A stretch of DNA of 64,000 bases from Octopus bimaculoides (Eukaryota): the NCBI RefSeq assembly GCF_001194135.2, contig NC_068983.1:138041306-138105305 (forward strand). Reading direction: 5' to 3'. The translations under genes were made by a program, and so were the position numbers. The notes beneath the pieces are model-generated. The model saw only the letters and a list, made by a program, of their open reading frames with translations, was not told the DNA's origin and did not search any database. Shown here one piece after another: positions 53,101 to 64,000 of this stretch; the first letter of the stretch is position 1; the number at the start of each line of letters is the position of its first letter.

Positions 53101-53399
53101 TTGAACTCATGAAAAGGTTTTTCACTGCAGCTTGTTATGCCTTCGTGTTTTAGACATTTTTGTCTCCTGCGAGAATATTTTGTCATGACAAACTAAAGTG
53201 GAAACATTTTCTTTGAGTTCAAATATCTCTAAAATATAAATGAACTTGTGCTAAGTTTAGTTTCCTCATAGTCACTGTATAGTGCATCTACATGTGAATT
53301 TATTTCGGCTTGGCGGCCAAAATTCATTACCTGGCAATAATACTTATTGTTTGTTTTATATATATAAAAGAAACCTAGATTTTACAGTTCAGAGTTGCC

Positions 53400-53790
53400 T
53401 CTCTCTGGTATCTAATGCTGACGAGAAGATAACTACTTCGAAATACATGTATCCACCAGTGCAATGAGAGCGCTCTAAACGCATCAAATGACTGAACCGG
53501 ATCCTGAAATTTCCCGATGCATTCTCTAACACCTATACCCATCACAACGTATGAATATCTATCTACATCATTTCGTAGTTGAACATTTAATATCTGTAGC
53601 ACAAATAAAATGCAAGACTGGCCAAAGCCGACGAACCGTAAACATCCACTGGTATTCTGATACTCTTCGGCACGACCAGCTGTAAATCCTCCAGAAATAA
53701 ACTCCTCAACAGTTGTATGAACCATTTCAGCGTACAGTGCTCAGATATTTGAGATCATATTCTCCCTTACATAATTTGTTTTCGCGTACT
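53400..53790 (-). pseudogene. Possible CR1-type LINE C-terminal relic
   Basis: LYAEMVHTTVE (LYKAQxRPTME), ASLAFYLCYRY (ASLSLFYRYY), HVFRSSYL (HVFPxSYNL). Confidence 0.4.
53405..53459 (+). ncRNA. Type I hammerhead motif with complete canonical core
   Basis: CUGACGA (53418-24), stem II gaag/cuuc, GAAA, stem III aua/uau with palindromic auacauguau, AUC triplet, bulged stem I (ug/ca plus cugg/ccag). Confidence 0.5.
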
Positions 53791-54619
53791 GGTTAAAAAG
53801 CACATGGCAATGCTTTGCTGAAGAGGTACAATAAGACTGAAGCAAATCCCTTGATCCCAGAATGAAAATGAATTACATTAAAATCAATTTTACTCTTTTA
53901 TTCTTTTACTTGTTTCTAGTCATTGGACTGCGGGCATATTAGGGATACACTTCGAAAATTTTAGTCGATCAACTCGCTTCAGTATATATCGTTAATCTTG
54001 CACTTAGTTCGAATATCTGTTTTTGTTGAAACGTTACGTTACGGGTCCATAAACAAACCGTTGTCAAGCGATGAGAGGCAGACACAAAGAACTACACAGT
54101 ACACACACACATATATACATACATACTTACACACGTGTGAGTTTATATATATATATATACATACATACACACATATGTGTGAGTTTATATATATATANNN
54201 NNNNNNNNNNNNNNNNNAAATTTTAGTCGATCAACTCGCTTCAGTATATATCGTTAATCTTGCACTTAGTTCGAATATCTGTTTTTGTTGAAACGTTACG
54301 TTACGGGTCCATAAACAAACCGTTGTCAAGCGATGAGAGGCAGACACAAAGAACTACACAGTACACACACACATATATACATACATACTTACACACGTGT
54401 GAGTTTATATATATATATATACATACATACACACATAACACTGATCCTTATAATATAAGGGTCAATAATAACAAGTGTATTGAAATATTTATTATAGGAT
54501 ATTAACAAAACGTTGAGACATATTTAGATATATCTAATATCTCTCTTAGTAAAAATTTCAAGTGAATGGAATAAATATTTCGTATGAAGAAAAAAACAAA
54601 TACTCTTCCAAATTTCAAC

Positions 54620-55688
54620 TTTATGGGTCACTTAGAAAAACAATGAAAAATGGAACAAGAACAAAAAAGAAACCCTTACTATTAATATTTTGTGAACATT
54701 CCTTTACTATCAATGACCTCTTGACATCTGTTACTACAAGACTGAATTAATTTCTTGCAAAATGATGGAGTAATATTGTTCCATTCGTTTTACAATGATT
54801 CCCAGAGTTCGTCTTGGTTCTTTGAATTTCCTCTTTGCGCCTCATCTCCAATAATCTTCCAAACGTTTTCTTTAGGGTTGAGATCGGGACTTTGAGGTGG
54901 CCAGTCCATTAGATCAACCCTTCATCACTCAAAAAATCTTTGACTCTCTTCGCAGTGTGACAGGGAGCGTTGTCCTGCACAAAGATAGGAGGTTGAACTC
55001 ACGAGGATCGGTGATGTGGAAGGACATGCTGTCTAAGAATCTGTTTGTAGATTTCAGCATTGACAGACTCTTGTAGGCGAATAAGTGTACCAGAACCAGC
55101 AGCAGAGATCACACCCCATACCATTACGCTGCCTCCTCCATATTTCACTGTCTTCTTCACACATGCACAAGATAACCTTTCGCCACTTCTTCGTCGGACG
55201 TACATCCCGCCATCGGAACCAATCACATTAAACTTCGATTGATCGCTAAAATGAATCTGCGTTGCGCGATACATTGATCATCGGAAGTGGAGCTAAACTT
55301 GCAGGATATATCAGCAGCGCTCTTAAACCTATCCTTCAGTGACATTCTAAGCATAATACAAACCTGTCTTGGTGAAGTTTTACGCGGTCTACCGGTTTTG
55401 GGTTTAGCATCTGTCGATCTTGATGACTTAAAACGAGCTACAATTCGTTGCACAACACTTCCAGACCTTCCTACAGTTGTTGCTATCACAGAATTTGACT
55501 TACCCTCTTGGTGAAGGCACACAATCCTTTGTTTTTCATCACAAGACACCGGTTGTCTCTCACAAGCTGCCATGCTGACAGTTAAATGTTCTAATAATGT
55601 AAGATCACAAGAATAATAGTCTTCTAAACAACAAATAGCTCGGTTAGTAATTCATTTTTTCTAAGTTACCTTTAGCTTTTGGCCACTG
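54620..55688 (-). mobile_element. Tc1-like (DD34E) transposon with internal deletion
   Basis: RIVCLHQEGKS..IA..VGRS, TGRPRKTS, FSDQSKF, GGGSVMVWG, QDNAPCH and WPPQSPDLNPKENVW. Terminus cagtggccaaaagc at 55688; partial opposite TIR gggtcacttagaaaaa at ~54624. Confidence 0.9.
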
Positions 55689-57844
55689 CAAAGAAAGACT
55701 GGGGCCAACCAAATCCATCAAAGCAATGCTCAAAGATTGCCGCAGTTCAATGACTGAAACAAGTGTAGGAATAAAAGGAACTAAAAGAAACACGTTCAAA
55801 ACATTAAGAATATTTAGCATACATGAGTCAGTGCATCATTACACATTTTATTTGTCTCAGTTCACACTATTCTCCTACTTTAGTTATTTCCCTTTGATTG
55901 AATTTGTATTTTTTGTTATTCATTGTACAATACCCTTAACATAATGAAATCGAACGTTATTTGGACTATTTCCTGAATCCTATTGTTGATTTGAAATTTA
56001 ACTGCTTCAAAGTTTGAAGAAGTTTATTAAATGTCTCGAAAAGAAACATGTCGGATGCCAGATTTTCGGATATTTGCTACCGTAAAATCTACATGATGAG
56101 GTCTTCTATTAACAAACAACACTTCTCACTTTCTCCATCTCTATCTGTCACTCTATAGATCTCTGTTACAATATTTTCAGACAAACAGTTTTTGATAAAA
56201 ATAGATACGATTCTTTATTAAATCAAATTAAACTAACCTACTTTGTAGTGTGTAGCTGTAGGTGTGGCGTGTCAAAACACAGCCTCTATCAGACTGAGTT
56301 GGTTTTAACAAACTAAATCAATTTGGCTGAGTCTATAATTTAATACGGGACATGGGCATTTTCATCAATGTTAAATAGTTGCTGAGATGTATATATACGT
56401 ATGAACGTACGAATGAATGTATATATATTCATGTATGTATGCATGCACGTATGCATGTATTATCTCTCTTTCTCTCTCTCTACATATATATATATTATAT
56501 GTCTATATCTCATTTATATATATATATATATATATATATATNNNNNNNNNNNNNNNNNNNNNNNNNNNNTATATATATACATATGTTTGTATACATATAT
56601 GTATGTATATGTAAACTGTTTAGCATCTAACTAAAGAGTAAATAAACCAAAACAAATTCATACGCCTGCACCTGTAAAATTATCTTTCAGCATTACTGTA
56701 GAACAATGACACGGTACAGCTTTAATAAAGATTTTGACGCTAATTTCTACTTGACATAACATATCTTACTGTAGTTTTTTTTTATTTGTTGATTGTAATC
56801 ATACAGAATTTATATGATTGTTTCTGATGTAATTAATCACTGACGTAGAAAAAAAAATGTGAACGTAATTATGAAAAAAAAAAAAAACCCTAAAACAAAG
56901 CAAAACAAATTATGATAAAAAGCAAAATCGTAGTTGATGAGATTTCGAAATTAACATCATTAATCATGTTTGAGCATCTGCATATTTTGCAGATGTACAA
57001 AGTTCGTTTTTGTAATTTACTAATTGCATGGAAAACCAAATATTCTGTTTTTATGTAATAAATACGTTTACGTGCGCCTGTATATGTCTAATGTGAAAGC
57101 AAATAAATGCGTAAGCTTTCATATGCTTTTATCGCTCACATTTACTATTACTTGTGTTGTTACTACACATCGAACATTCCAGCCCAATAAAAGACCAAAA
57201 ATAAATAAATATATGAATAAATAAAAAGGTCATACTTTGAATATTTTCTCTGCCGCAACATTTTCAAAAATAAACTAGAAACAACATTCTTTATTTCTTT
57301 TTCGTTTCCCTGCAGTACATTAGAAACAACAGTTGTATTGAATTTTGTATTTATTTTGTGTTTGAAAGACAAACTTAGTAAAAGTCAGAATCTCATCATA
57401 AAGTTGGTATTGAAAATGAAACTACATATAAAATGTCATAAAATAGGAATAGTATATATTGTTGCTGTAGTCGTTGTTGTTGTTGCATTAGTAGTAGATG
57501 GAGTGATTGTATTTTATGAGTCATACTCATACTTTATTATGAGCAAGACAGAAAGTTTTAATTTCGCGAACACTCTGTTCTCTGCCTCCAGAGACAGAAT
57601 ATGCATGCAAGTTCACGTGTATGTATGTATGTATGTATGTATGTATGTATGTGTGTGCGCGCGCGCGTGTTTATGTGTGTGTGTGTGTGTATTCAAGATG
57701 CATTCCAGAGGACTTGGGACTCTTTCAGAAAAGACATTTATTAACTTCAAAGAGTACAAAGTTCTAATTGCCTTCAAAGTAGGATCCTCTAAGGGTTTTC
57801 GTCAAACAAATCAACCACGGGACTTATTTATTAAAGCCTAGTAT

Positions 57845-57950
57845 TTTTGCTTTCCGTCTCTTGCTGAATTGCTAAGGTACGGGGACGTAAACACATGAAC
57901 ACCGGTTGTCAAGCAGTGATGGGGGAGGCGCAAGCGCAGATATAAAGACA
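57845..57950 (-). mobile_element. SINE family B 3' fragment
   Basis: tacggggacgtaaacacatgaacaccggttgtcaagc is the reverse complement of part of 6750-6795. Similar fragments lie at ~54040 and ~54300. Confidence 0.55.
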
Positions 57951-59802
57951 CACAAACACATGCGCGTGCACATACTCAGCTACAACACTTTAAGATCATA
58001 TAATGATCTCGGATCGACTTCTTGAGTATAATTGTAACAGTAGGGGGTGACATTTAGATGTACCACAAATAAGAAAGGTCCTCGGGTATAGGGAATATAA
58101 AGCAGAACGTTTGCTCTATGCTGGGCGATATAGTCGAATCTAATATTACTTATAAGCAACAAGGAGCCGTTCAAATTCTTTTTTCCTCATCTCATCTACA
58201 TCTATTATGTTTCAGTCAGTTTTATTAAGTCCTTGATTATGATTAAAGTTACAAGTAACAAATAATTTCATGCTATGTTTATCATATACGTAACTATTTT
58301 CTTTCTTACTTCGTCAGAAAACGAACCAATTTTATTGAAATATTTTTGCAGTATAAATATGCATGCTGCTATACTGTTTCTATAATGAATAGCTGTTTAG
58401 ATTTATATTTTATTCTACTTTGCATAATTATTTCTGAAGTATTATTTTCTGTTTTACAAAAATCAAATATTAAAGCATAATGTCTATATTTTTAATTATA
58501 AGGGGGAAGTGTGCTATTGATCTATCATTATGTCAGTATCGATTCTGTTCTATTCAATGATTGATATTTTTCATGTAATGCAGAATCTCAACTAGCCTCT
58601 TAATTAGTTTTGCATAACGTAACCTCATTTGCTGTATTATACACAGCAAAAACACATGGATGTAAAATAAGTACCCAAAATAAAGACACATAACGACCAG
58701 GTTGTATGACTTTGAATAAGGCCAATTTTTACATGAAAAAACATGTATTTATTGAAAGAAGTATAACCAATCTTGAGTGGAATTGAAATCAGAACGCAGC
58801 AAGAAGAAAAATCTTAGGACTTAGATGATTTACTCTCCCTTTCATTTCGACCATAACGTAAGGGCACTGTATTATTGATGTTTATTTTATTGACTTCACG
58901 AGTCTGTCTTACATACAACATACAATAAGAAAGCGAAGTTAATCTGCGGTCTCTACGACCAAATGCATCTTGTGATGCACTAGTTTATATGAAGAATGTT
59001 GAGGTTATTGCTGATGAAAATTTATCCAGCTCTGAAGCAAGTTGTTTCACAAGCGATTAAATGAAAACTGACTTATGCACTTTATTTATTCACCAATATA
59101 TTTGAGCGTTGCTTTATGAACACAGAATAAATTAAGCCAGAAGTGGCCCGAAAGAAATTATTTGATGAGTGTAATTTCCGGCCATTGAGAAGTGTGTTTG
59201 GATATCACTTCGGTAATTTTTATAAAGCGTTAAATATATTTCCTAATTTCCGAAATCAAGATTCACGAGGCTCTTATTTTGATGGAATCATTATCTGGTG
59301 AAGGAAAGTGTAACTATCATTACGTGCTATAAATAAATTCATATTTAACGTGTAAAGAGAGAATTTTCATAATTCGTCCTTGAAATCCTCTTTACATGAT
59401 ACACGTATACATTATTATATATGCTTTAAGCATCAGAAACAGATCAAATGATCAAATGCCGATGGCTTCCCAACTTTCACTTTGTGTACACTAATGCTTT
59501 ATATAATCGCTTACTTAATATTCTTCGGGATATAGGAAATACAAACACAAACACGTACACGCGTATAAATGTAAGTGGGTGCGTATCTTGTGTGCATGTA
59601 ATGTATATGTGTGCGCATGCTTGAGCATTTGTTTGAAATGTAAAAACCTCCAGCACTATACAAATATACGTACATATGTATGCATGTATGTATGTATGTA
59701 TGTATGTATTATGTATGCATGTGTGGGTGTGTGTGTGTATGTGCATGTAGTATATATATATAAATATCTATTTCTCTTTCTCTCTTTCTGTGTATATATA
59801 TG

Positions 59803-59892
<90 letters not shown>

Positions 59893-59908
59893 CATATATA
59901 TATATATG

Positions 59909-59957
<49 letters not shown>

Positions 59958-61899
59958 GTGTGTGTGTATGTGTAGTGTAAACTTTCTACTACCCGTATAG
60001 AAAAGTTCTCCTCGTCTTTCTCTTTCTCTTTCTCACATTCTTACAATAATCTATATAGGTATTTGTTGCAATTTCTCATACATTCCTTCCTTTTGCTATT
60101 GACCTTGTTGTTGACCTATGTGTTCGCAACATGTGGCTGCAGTGGATGACCTTTTTATTTATTCGTAGATATTGTTGATTTTATTTTCAATGTAAGTTTT
60201 GTATTGACATAGCTGCCAATGGTTTTCGTTGTGTTGATTGCTATTAAATTATCATTGTTTTGACGTGGGGCAATACTATTTCAGATGACATGACAAGTTG
60301 TTTATGAAGCCCCTCGGTTTCTTGTTCGTAACTAACAGCCTGTTATACTAGTTTTAGATGAAACACCAAATATTACCACGATCGAGTATCATTAACATTT
60401 GTTGTTTCATTTCCAACATCTTTCAATTGGTTTCCAAGGATATTCAACCGACAATACATCCTCATTAATTCTAATGAACTGTGAATCTACACCCACCATC
60501 AGATTCTAGAAGTTTAAATTCTGATTCCTTCTATCCTTTAGTCAATTCTACTGGGTTTCAAACTTCTTAACAACGGATAACGTCTCCAGTTCTTTTCTTT
60601 TGGGGAGCAACAAAATTTCTTAGAAAGTGGATATGAACACATTAATTCTGAAACAGTGACACTCAAGTTCAAAATGTGACATTCAGTTTATTGTTTAACC
60701 GTGATAGCACTAAAGCAAATTATTATTGCCCTTATCATACATCTACGCATAAGAAGGTGTTCCTATGCTGTATTTTCTGCTGCAAGTGTTGTTGTTTATC
60801 ACCAGGACCGGCCTTAATTTGGCAGTCCTGTCAAAAGATACTAAACACAATTTGGTTTTTATTTTTAGGCATTGATGCTTTGAAAACTATATTATCAAAT
60901 GCAGGTGCTGTATATCGCCTGCGTACATATAATTGAGTATATACATTCTAATGCTGGTGTTGTTTTGGGCGGTGATATAGATTTTATTAACATTTTTACT
61001 GAGACTGTATCTGTCATTTTACTATTGTCTTTGTTAAGTTTGTCGATAAAGTTAACGTCCATCTGTGGTTTTACTCAAGACAGATTGACAACACATATTC
61101 CGTTTTCCCTGCTAGATGTTTTTACAAGAGAATAAATTATAGTTTCTACCTCTATTGTTGCAGTCACTACCATACGTTATTCCTTTCACATTTTATTCTG
61201 TTGTCACTTTAAATGCCGTGGCACTGACATGCTTTAGCTATTCTCTATTATGTTGCTTGTCGAAAAACTCATGCTCTTTTTCCTTTATTTTGGATGATTT
61301 CAAATATTCCACTCCCGCCATTAAAGAAATGATAGTGAGGATCATTATCATCTTCATTATCATCATAATGATAAATAGTGTGGTGTGTGTATTACATAAC
61401 ATTCCTGTATTCGCCACTTTGTTTTATTGTACTTTTATCATAGTTTGGATGGGGGTGGTTATTCTTGTTTATTCTACGTAGTTTGAAAGTATTAAACGTT
61501 GATTACATTGCATATGTTCTGTATAAGTTGTATTATTTTGAGTTAGATGCAAAGCGTATAGTGAGAAGCCAGTTGTTAAACAGATGAAATAGTATGTAGA
61601 AAGTTTGATGCACCTTGTCCTATTCTTTTTTGAATTTGTGTGAAAGCTTGTGGGTTTACAAATTTGTTGGGTTATCTCTTCACATTATTCTATGTATTCA
61701 ATTTATCATTAGTACTTACTTTTTTCCTCTTCTCATAATTCATATTTTGGTTTCGGGATTCTTTGGCTTTTCTTTCTGGGGTGATGTATTAGTTGTGATG
61801 TAACAATTATCTAAGTGAGAAAATTTACTCTCTTTGTTAGTCTTGATAAGAATGTCCCACGTTATATTTGCTTTATAAATGCCACTTACATCAAACTTG

Positions 61900-63115
61900 G
61901 TATATTAATGTTGACTGCATAGTATCAAGTTGATATCAACGTCACGTTAAATGTTTGCTCGAAATCGCTGTAACACTCTTTCTTGATATTCTCTTTCATA
62001 CTTGCATGCTGAATGCCAGAGCCCTCATTTATTCTGAGGTATTTATAAGTTTGTTCCTGCTCGAGTTCTTTTGTGACCGTGTCAACATTCAACTCCACCG
62101 AATGTGAGGTCTTCAGCTTCCCTTTCTGGAAAGTGGCCTTAGCACTTTTATCAAGACTAAATTCCACCCCAATGTCATCACTGAATGCTTTCCCAGTACG
62201 TAGTAGTCCTTCAAACTCATTATCGTCTTTGCCATAGAGTTTTAAGTCATCCATATAAAACCGATGACTTATTTTCTTGTCACCAATTTTATATCCATGC
62301 CCTGTTCTGTTAAGTTCACTTGTCAGGAGTATTAGGGCTATGCTGAAAATTAAAGGGGAAAGTGAGTCACTTTGGAGAATGACGCAGTTGGTATTAATAT
62401 TTTTTGTAGTCAGTACTCCATTAGAGTGTAATAATTGGAGATTCATGTTCCACATTGAGATGTTGTGCTTCAGGATGTTTGAAATCACAGGAGAAATTTT
62501 GAAGATATCCCGCGATTTCAAGATCCATGACTGCAGTATGCTGTCGAAGACCTTTTTATAATCAATCTATGCAGAAATGAGGTTTCTGCGTTTCTTATGA
62601 CAGTTCTCGAGGATCATTCGATTGATTAAGAGTAGGTCTTTGCATCCATATGAGCCTCGTTGGCATCCCTTTTGTTCAGTAGGGAAAATATCGTTCTGTT
62701 CCATAAGTTTATATGTTTTCTCCACGAGGATGGACGTTAAAATTTTATACGTTTTAGATAAACATGTTATGGGCCGATAGTTTTAGGGAGATTTGGTTTT
62801 ATTATTCTTCGGGAGTAGGTAAGTAATAACCTCTTGCTAACCAATCAAGTGTTTTCGTAGGATCTCTCATAATTTCATTGAATAACTGGACTAACCTTTC
62901 GTGTGCGCACGGGAGTGAGGCGAGTCAGAAATTTGGCACTCTATCATTACAAGGGGATTTCCAATTACGAGCCATCGCGATTGTCATTCATAGGTCTGCT
63001 ATTGTGATGTCTTCCCATGCTTGTTCTGGTAAGTTTTGGTAGGATACTTCTGTGAGTCTAATCCAGTCTGCATTTTCATTGTAAGTTTTTTCAACACTCG
63101 AGATATTACAAGGTT
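61900..63115 (-). pseudogene. R4/Dong-type LINE RT fragment
   Basis: NYRPITCL, EQKGC, IDYKKVFDS, QSDSLSPLIF, HRFYMDDLKLY, FSDDIGVEF and YKYL. Confidence 0.9.
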
Positions 63116-63168
63116 CTATTCCAATCAATCTCATCTTTATTCTTCAAGAACTGACTGTATATTTTCTT

Positions 63169-63333
63169 ACATTATTTACATTATTTACATTTAACAGATA
63201 TTTGTCCTCATATGGTTTGTTGTTAACACAACGTTTCGGTTGATATACTCTCCAGCCTTCATCAGATGTCTTCGGGAAATTTCGAACTTGGGTTCTTATT
63301 CCTAAGGTATTCTTAAGGTCACTGCCTGGAATC
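63169..63333 (-). mobile_element. Isolated Penelope 3' end (tRNA-module tail + hammerhead + terminus)
   Basis: Homologous to 4427-4599: gattccaggcagtgacc...ctgatgaaggctgg...gaaacgttgtgttaacaacaaac...gaggacaaatatc...aatgtaaataatgt. Confidence 0.85.
63225..63270 (-). ncRNA. Minimal type I hammerhead motif, intact core
   Basis: gacau-CUGAUGA-a-ggcug[loop]caacc-GAAAC-GUU-guguu. Confidence 0.7.
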
Positions 63334-63737
63334 TGATCTTCTCTTTCATTGCTGAATGTTTTATGCCGTTACTTTCGTCTATGCCAAAGTATTTATATGC
63401 TTCTTCCTAGTCTAGTGCTCGGATTCTTGCTTCTGTATCTACGTGAATATCCACAGAACATGCCAGTTTGCTTCTTATGAAAGTGGCTTTCGCGCATTTC
63501 TCCAGTCCAAACTGCATCCTGATATCATTACTGAACTTTTTAACCGTAGCAAATAGACCTTCTTGTTATTCGTCATTTTTTGAGTATATTTTCAGATCAT
63601 CCATGTAGAACAGATGACTCCCTTTTTCTTCATGATCCCATATCCATACCCAGTTTTGTTGAGCATAGTACCTAATGGTGCTAGTGCCAAGCAGAATATT
63701 AAGGGTGACAGCGAGTCCCCTTGGAGGATACCACAAA
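63334..63737 (-). pseudogene. Second R4/Dong-type RT fragment (different subfamily)
   Basis: GILQGDSLSPLIFCLAL, HLFYMDDLKIY, FSNDIRMQFGLEKCAK and YKYFGI. Confidence 0.85.
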
Positions 63738-63754
63738 CATAAAAATACTCACTA

Positions 63755-63905
63755 TATACCACTGGCCTCTTTCAGTTTCCGTCTACCAAATGCACTCATA
63801 AGCCTGTAGATGGCCCGAGGTAGAAGATACTTGCCCAAGGTGCGACGTTCTGGGACGGAACTCGGAACCATGTAGTTGGGAAGGAAACTTCTTATCGCAC
63901 ACACA
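63755..63905 (-). mobile_element. SINE family B (CORE-like)
   Basis: gtagaagatacttgcccaaggtg...ggaaccatgtagttgggaag is the reverse complement of the head/CORE at 6560-6640. Confidence 0.7.
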
Positions 63906-64000
63906 CGCACAGAGACACACACACACACACGAGTGTCTGTGCGTTGAGTGTTTGTAGATACATATAAAGATACATATCTTTATGTGTGTTTATATATATA

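Noticed and set aside
53375-53725. 116-aa minus ORF as a host gene
   Set aside because: No recognisable domain; motifs spread over different frames fit a frameshifted CR1-type relic.
53956-54436. Apparent exact ~220-bp tandem duplication
   Set aside because: Identical copies sit either side of a 20-N gap (54198-54217), typical of unmerged contig overlap.
60300-61000. Possible N-terminal Dong relic
   Set aside because: Only a faint LNYMYAG resemblance; not enough to support a call.
1-64000. CRISPR arrays, rRNA, operons, prokaryotic systems
   Set aside because: No repeat-spacer arrays or dense coding; the sequence is metazoan repeat-rich DNA.

Overview
AT-rich, microsatellite-dense eukaryotic DNA with about 14 N-gaps, nearly all flanked by (TA)n, (CA)n, (CT)n or other simple repeats, as expected of a short-read assembly. 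The repeat landscape suggests an octopus-like cephalopod (inference). I recognise no intact host protein-coding gene, and most ORFs in the track are microsatellite or gap artefacts. The window is largely made of decayed transposable elements: a Penelope-like element (RT + GIY-YIG) with a fold-back 5' end, two Naiad-type Penelope-like RT relics, four R4/Dong-type LINE fragments, Tx1/L1, CR1 and Gypsy relics, one mariner, one Tc1, a FLYWCH (MULE-type) relic, two MITEs and about 14 SINE copies of two families. The most interesting signal is a set of minimal type I hammerhead-ribozyme motifs. One sits behind a tRNA-like Pol III module in the Penelope 3' end (two copies). One is enclosed in a ~140-bp hairpin that abuts half of an opposite-strand hammerhead. 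One has a complete canonical core at 53.4 kb. There is also a ~970-bp inverted duplication with a near-identical core and a diverged ~1.2-kb direct duplication. All alignments and identities were done by eye; boundaries of decayed relics are approximate.
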